A DNA stretch of 32,000 nt from Crocosphaera subtropica ATCC 51142 (GTDB taxonomy: Bacteria > Cyanobacteriota > Cyanobacteriia > Cyanobacteriales > Microcystaceae), in assembly GCF_000017845.1 (NCBI RefSeq), contig NC_010546.1, positions 2,670,001 to 2,702,000 on the forward strand, given 5' to 3'. Below, one piece after another: positions 28,168-32,000 of the stretch. Within the stretch, counting starts at the first letter, position 1; each line of letters starts with the position of its first letter. The notes under the pieces are model-generated. The model ran no database searches. It had not been told where the DNA came from and saw only the letters and a program-made list of their open reading frames with translations. The translations under genes and the position numbers were made by a program.

Positions 28168-28444
28168 CCAACCTTGAGAAAGGTCAAATCACTCCGGCAA
28201 AGAATTAGGCGCACGAAAAAAGTATTCTATCAAATCAATATTTCTCTTTCCCCAGTCTTTGACAATAAGTTTATGGATAGCTTATCTTGAGCCATTAATT
28301 AATCCCTCTATCTACAGAGGAGTTTTGGTTTTGTATCGTGGCTAAATGTTTACAGCGTTCTTATTCCTTATGCCTCATTGCCTTTGATTGAGATTGAATT
28401 CTTACAAGGGATTACTGATTACTATAGAATAATTGAGGGTCATT

Positions 28445-29677
28445 ATGGCACGCATTGTCTCTCAATCGTCCAAGTCTATCAATATTAATATGCAGGGTTT
28501 ACTAAAACGGTTCTGGAACTGGATACAACAATTTTTTGCTCAGATATTTGGGTCGTCTTCTCCGTTGGGACAAGATGAAAAAAACCCCTTGAAACAACCC
28601 CTAAGCGATACAGATTATGAATTTCTGTTTAGTCAACTCCTAGATGGCGTTGCCCACGGATGGCATGAAGGGCGCATTCTCAAATATTTTGAAGATTTAG
28701 GAGAGAGAGGCAAAGCCAAATTATGGGTGGCGTGGTTAGACAGATTCGGGGAAAAAGCCCTTTCTTCGGCTGCCCCTAACTTACAACTGGCAGCGAGAAT
28801 GATGCGTTTAGGAGAATTAGCTCAATCTTTTCAGAAGATAGAACCCATTGGACAAGCGGCCTATGATATTGGCAGACAACTCTACACCAGAGAAGCAGAT
28901 AGTGCCGTATGGGAATATGCTGGCCCCGATACTAAAGTCACGGATGTGCTAGAAACGGATATCAAAGCCCCCACCATTGAAGAGAGTTTAGGGGGAAATG
29001 CCCCTTCTCCTACCCCCTCCCAACCCCCTCAAACAGAAACCCTAACCATTGATCAATTATTGGGCAGATTACAACAAGATCCTCAACTGGTAGCCCAACT
29101 CTCTGAACAATTAGGAATCGATTCGAATGATCCTCAAATCCTAGTCGATGCTTTAATTCGTCAGTTTGAAGCCCAACAACCACCAGAGACTCCTCAACCG
29201 TCTACCGAACCACCCTCCCCTGAAGCGGTTCAAAATTATTTTAATCAAGGGGTTGAACAAGCCAACTTAGGGGACTTAGAAGCAGCGATCGCTCTCTGGG
29301 ATCAAGCCTTAGCCATTGACCCCAATTTCGCCCCGGCTTGGCATAATCGAGGGAGTGCCTTAGGAACCATCGGACAGTTAGAAGAAGCGATCGCCAGTTT
29401 TGATTGCGCTTTAGCTATTAATGATCAAGATATTGAAGCCCTTAACGCTAAAGGGCAAGTTCTCTACAGTTTACAGAAATGGCCAGAAGCGATCGCCTGT
29501 TGGGATCAAGTCCTTGCCATTCAACCTAACTATTACCAAGCTTGGTACAATCGGGGCAGTGCCTTAGAACTGATGGGACAGCCATCAGAAGCCATCGAAA
29601 GCTATCAAAAAGCCCTTGAAATCGAACCCACCTTTGAATTAGCCCAAAATCGTTTACAAGCTTTATCCCAAGAATAA
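28445..29677 (+). CDS. TPR-repeat protein with uncharacterised N-terminal domain and Pro/Gln-rich linkers
   Basis: I prefer the ATG at 28445 to the track's TTG at 28433. The C-terminus holds four or five 34-aa TPR units (AIALWDQALAIDPNFAPAWHNRG, AIASFDCALAINDQ, AIACWDQVLAIQPNYYQAWYNRG, AIESYQKALEIEP). Confidence 0.8.
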   Translation: MARIVSQSSKSININMQGLLKRFWNWIQQFFAQIFGSSSPLGQDEKNPLKQPLSDTDYEFLFSQLLDGVAHGWHEGRILKYFEDLGERGKAKLWVAWLDRFGEKALSSAAPNLQLAARMMRLGELAQSFQKIEPIGQAAYDIGRQLYTREADSAVWEYAGPDTKVTDVLETDIKAPTIEESLGGNAPSPTPSQPPQTETLTIDQLLGRLQQDPQLVAQLSEQLGIDSNDPQILVDALIRQFEAQQPPETPQPSTEPPSPEAVQNYFNQGVEQANLGDLEAAIALWDQALAIDPNFAPAWHNRGSALGTIGQLEEAIASFDCALAINDQDIEALNAKGQVLYSLQKWPEAIACWDQVLAIQPNYYQAWYNRGSALELMGQPSEAIESYQKALEIEPTFELAQNRLQALSQE

Positions 29678-29683
29678 CCCTCT

Positions 29684-29701
29684 CCCTGCTCCCCCTGCTC
29701 C
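29684..29701. repeat. Tandem nonamer (CCCTGCTCC) x2
   Basis: Read directly, immediately after the TPR gene stop: ccctgctcc ccctgctcc. Confidence 0.55.
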
Positions 29702-29741
29702 TAGTGAGTGAGCAAAGTCGAACCATTATCTCCATAAAATT

Positions 29742-30392
29742 ATGCCCCCTCAACTTCGAGTTTACGTTCCGGATCATCCTTTAATTAAACATTGGTTAGG
29801 AGTCGCCCGTGATGTCAATACCCCTGGGGTGTTGTTCAAAACCGCTATGAGCGAGTTAGGCCGGTGGTTAACCTATGAAGCCACCCGTTACTGGTTTCCT
29901 ACCCTAGAAACCACAGTAAACAGTCCTCTAGCCCCTTGTAATGCGACTCTGATTAATCCTGAAATCCCTATTGCTGTCATTCCCATTTTACGGGCTGGAC
30001 TTTCTTTACTAGATGGGGCGCAAACCTTACTGCCGGTGGCTTCTATTTATCATCTGGGGTTAGTCAGAGATGAAGAAACCTTAGAAAATACTTGTTATCT
30101 GAATAAATTACCCGAAAAATTTGCCCCCAATACCCAAATTATTATTTTAGAACCCATGTTAGCCACGGGAGGGTCAATTATGACCGCTATGCAAGAAATT
30201 GCCCAACGGGAGGCCGATATTAGTTTAGTTCGTATTATTTCGGTGGTGGCCGCCCCCCCTGCTTTGCAACAATTAAATACACATTATCCCAATTTGAACG
30301 TCTATACCGCTATTATTGATGAAGGGATTAATGAGCAAGGTTACATTGTTCCTGGTTTGGGAGATGCAGGGGATCGCGCTTTTGGAACCTAG
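29742..30392 (+). CDS. upp: Uracil phosphoribosyltransferase
   Basis: HPLIKHWL start, ILRAGLSL, PRPP-binding loop IIILEPMLATGGS, and C-terminal YIVPGLGDAGDRAFGT. Confidence 0.93.
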   Translation: MPPQLRVYVPDHPLIKHWLGVARDVNTPGVLFKTAMSELGRWLTYEATRYWFPTLETTVNSPLAPCNATLINPEIPIAVIPILRAGLSLLDGAQTLLPVASIYHLGLVRDEETLENTCYLNKLPEKFAPNTQIIILEPMLATGGSIMTAMQEIAQREADISLVRIISVVAAPPALQQLNTHYPNLNVYTAIIDEGINEQGYIVPGLGDAGDRAFGT

Positions 30393-30453
30393 GATGTAAC
30401 TAGCATTAATCCTAAAAAAAATTACTAATAGATTAATATTTAGGTCAATTCTT

Positions 30454-30753
30454 ATGAGTCAACGAGATGGATTTGCAAGCGGATTTTTAACCGGAACAAT
30501 TGTCGGTGGCATTGTCGGGGGAATCATCGGAGCAGTGGTTTCGTCTCGTCTTGATAATAATGAAGAAGACGGAGATTCCTCCTTGTTTCAATCGGAAAAA
30601 CGAGAAAAGTTAAACTCTGAAGAAAGCATTGAAATGGCCCGCCATCGTTTAGAAGATAAAATTGCTCAACTGAATCATGCTATTGATGATGTTCGCCAAC
30701 AACTTGGCCCGGTGGACAAACATTCCTTAGAACAAGAAACCTCATCAGATTAG
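30454..30753 (+). CDS. Small membrane protein with glycine-zipper helix and charged helical tail (YtxH-like architecture)
   Basis: GFLTGTIVGGIVGGIIGAVVS, followed by an acidic, coiled-coil-prone tail. 99 aa. Family assignment is unverified. Confidence 0.55.
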   Translation: MSQRDGFASGFLTGTIVGGIVGGIIGAVVSSRLDNNEEDGDSSLFQSEKREKLNSEESIEMARHRLEDKIAQLNHAIDDVRQQLGPVDKHSLEQETSSD

Positions 30754-30782
30754 CCCCTCTTAAGGAAACAGCCTCAGTAACT

Positions 30783-30801
30783 GATAATTCTCATCAATAC
30801 C
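30783..30801. promoter_or_regulatory. Candidate Fur (iron) box upstream of futA
   Basis: GATAATTCTCATCAATACC matches the classical 19-bp Fur consensus GATAATGATAATCATTATC at 14 of 19 positions (counted by hand). It sits 213 nt upstream of the futA start. Confidence 0.35.
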
Positions 30802-30806
30802 TATGT

Positions 30807-30837
30807 AGGTCATCGATTTGTCAAAGATTGATGACCT
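30807..30837. other. 11-bp stem hairpin (possible terminator of the small upstream gene, or an operator)
   Basis: AGGTCATCGAT (30807-30817) pairs with ATTGATGACCT (30827-30837) with one G-U pair and a 9-nt loop. No clear U-tract follows. Confidence 0.4.
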
Positions 30838-31013
30838 AGATTCTATTATCTTTAAATTCTTCTAAACAAACTATACAAAGGTTATTTTAGTCATTTTTTC
30901 TGACCTATAACCTTATCCTTTAGGAAAATTTTTTCTTTAACTATCAATAATAATTTTCAATAGTGCTACAATACGTCAGGCGAATAATAAGAATATATCT
31001 AAATCTATTGACC

Positions 31014-32000
31014 GTGAGTAAGTTATCGAGACGACTATTTTTGAGTGGAAGTACCGCATTAACCGTTGTGGGAGTCAGCCAACTGATGACCAGTTGTGGT
31101 AATAACAACAACAGCAATAATGCCCCAGAGAATACTTCGAGTCCCTCTGCAACCGAAACCACAGGAGAAGTTAACCTTTATTCTTCTCGTCACTACAACA
31201 CAGACACAGAGTTGTATGAAGGGTTTACCCAGGAAACCGGCATTAAAGTTAACCTAGTCGAAGGCAGTGCAGACGAACTGATCGAACGCATTAACAGCGA
31301 AGGGGAAAACACCCAAGCGGATATTTTAATGACCGTCGATGTAGCGAGACTATGGCGGGCCGAGGAAGCTGGTATTTTTGCCCCTACCACCTCAGCTATT
31401 TTAGAAGAGAGAGTTCCTGCATCGTTGCGGAACCCAGAGGGGTTATGGTTCGGGTTTACTAAACGAGCTAGGGTGATCATGTATAACCAAGATAAGGTTA
31501 ATCCTGAAGAATTATCCACCTACGAAGACCTAGCCGACCCAAAATGGAAGGGTAGAATCATTATTCGTCCTTCTAGCAATATTTACAATCAATCTTTGGT
31601 GGCTTCCTTAATTGAAACTCATGGAGAAGAACAAACCGAAGAATGGGTTAAAGGGTTTGTGGCTAACTTTGCTAGACCCCCTCAAAGTAATGATACTGGA
31701 CAAATTAAAGACGTGGCCGCAGGGGTAGGGGATATTACCTTAGCTAATACCTATTATCTCGCTCGTATGGCCAAAGACGATGATCCGGCCATGCAAGAAG
31801 TGGTCGAAAAAGTTAAAATCTTCTTTCCTAACCAAGACGGAAGAGGGGCCCATGTGAATATTAGTGGTGCCGGGGTGGTTAAAAATGCCCCCAATGCCGA
31901 AAATGCCGTTAAATTCTTGGAATATTTAACCACTGATACCGCACAAGAGTTTTTTGCCAAGGGTAACAATGAGTATCCTGTGGTTGAAGGGGTAAGCGTT
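31014..32000 (+). CDS. futA: Fe(3+) ABC transporter periplasmic substrate-binding protein FutA/IdiA (3' end lies outside the window)
   Basis: My own translation from the GTG at 31014 is open to nt 32000 (329 codons). It begins MSKLSRRLFLSGSTALTVVGVSQLMTSCG, which carries a twin-arginine motif and a lipobox-like Cys. It continues LYSSRHYNTDTELYEGFTQETGIKVNLVEG, TVDVARLWRAEEAGIF, LWFGFTKRARVIMYN, LADPKWKGRIIIR and TLANTYY, all typical of cyanobacterial FutA/IdiA. This ORF is absent from the track because it has no stop in the window. Confidence 0.9.
   Translation, partial: MSKLSRRLFLSGSTALTVVGVSQLMTSCGNNNNSNNAPENTSSPSATETTGEVNLYSSRHYNTDTELYEGFTQETGIKVNLVEGSADELIERINSEGENTQADILMTVDVARLWRAEEAGIFAPTTSAILEERVPASLRNPEGLWFGFTKRARVIMYNQDKVNPEELSTYEDLADPKWKGRIIIRPSSNIYNQSLVASLIETHGEEQTEEWVKGFVANFARPPQSNDTGQIKDVAAGVGDITLANTYYLARMAKDDDPAMQEVVEKVKIFFPNQDGRGAHVNISGAGVVKNAPNAENAVKFLEYLTTDTAQEFFAKGNNEYPVVEGVSV

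Noticed and set aside
28304-28335. Possible terminator after the Uma2 gene: CCTCT...AGAGG followed by a T-rich sequence.
   Set aside because: The stem is only 5 bp and the T-tract is interrupted, which is too weak to annotate.
29285-29496. Evenly spaced identical 8-mers that could be mistaken for a CRISPR-like or other regular repeat array.
   Set aside because: They lie inside a continuous ORF and coincide with the 34-residue TPR period, so they are a protein-repeat effect and not an RNA-guided array.

Overview
This window looks like ordinary core chromosome from a low-GC, HIP1-rich cyanobacterium. I counted about 20 copies of the GCGATCGC palindrome by eye. The gene content also fits: psbU, sepF-proC, futA/idiA, a Uma2 nuclease and TPR proteins. 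It resembles unicellular Chroococcales such as Cyanothece or Crocosphaera, but I cannot name the species. Coding density is high, with 25 supported CDS, and most are housekeeping genes I recognise directly from motifs. They are: a class-V aminotransferase (5' truncated), a DCC thiol-disulfide oxidoreductase, gcvP, glpD, a zinc-ribbon/GAF/GGDEF/REC-like signalling protein, sppA, recF, sepF, proC, sfsA, a DUF900 alpha/beta hydrolase with a membrane desaturase, an orphan family-5 solute-binding protein, a small coiled-coil protein with a TPR lipoprotein, era, a CheA-like hybrid kinase with two receivers, psbU, a membrane/coiled-coil protein, a degenerate dihydroorotase-like protein, a Uma2 nuclease, a TPR protein, upp, a small glycine-zipper protein, and futA (3' truncated). 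I found no rRNA, tRNA, CRISPR array, transposase, integrase, phage genes or recognisable defence system. I see no compelling evidence for a novel multi-gene system. The best candidates for follow-up are: (1) the tightly coupled DUF900 hydrolase-desaturase pair and the GC-rich, inverted-repeat-bounded element just upstream of it; (2) the P1/Hpt-less orphan CheA-like kinase, whose two receivers share a 36-nt identical block; (3) the dihydroorotase-like protein that has lost its metal ligands; (4) the unusual GGDEF architecture; (5) a phased C-tract (G-quadruplex/i-motif) repeat and a (TAT)7 microsatellite in the largest intergenic region. All functional calls rest on motif recognition by eye. 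No database search was run.
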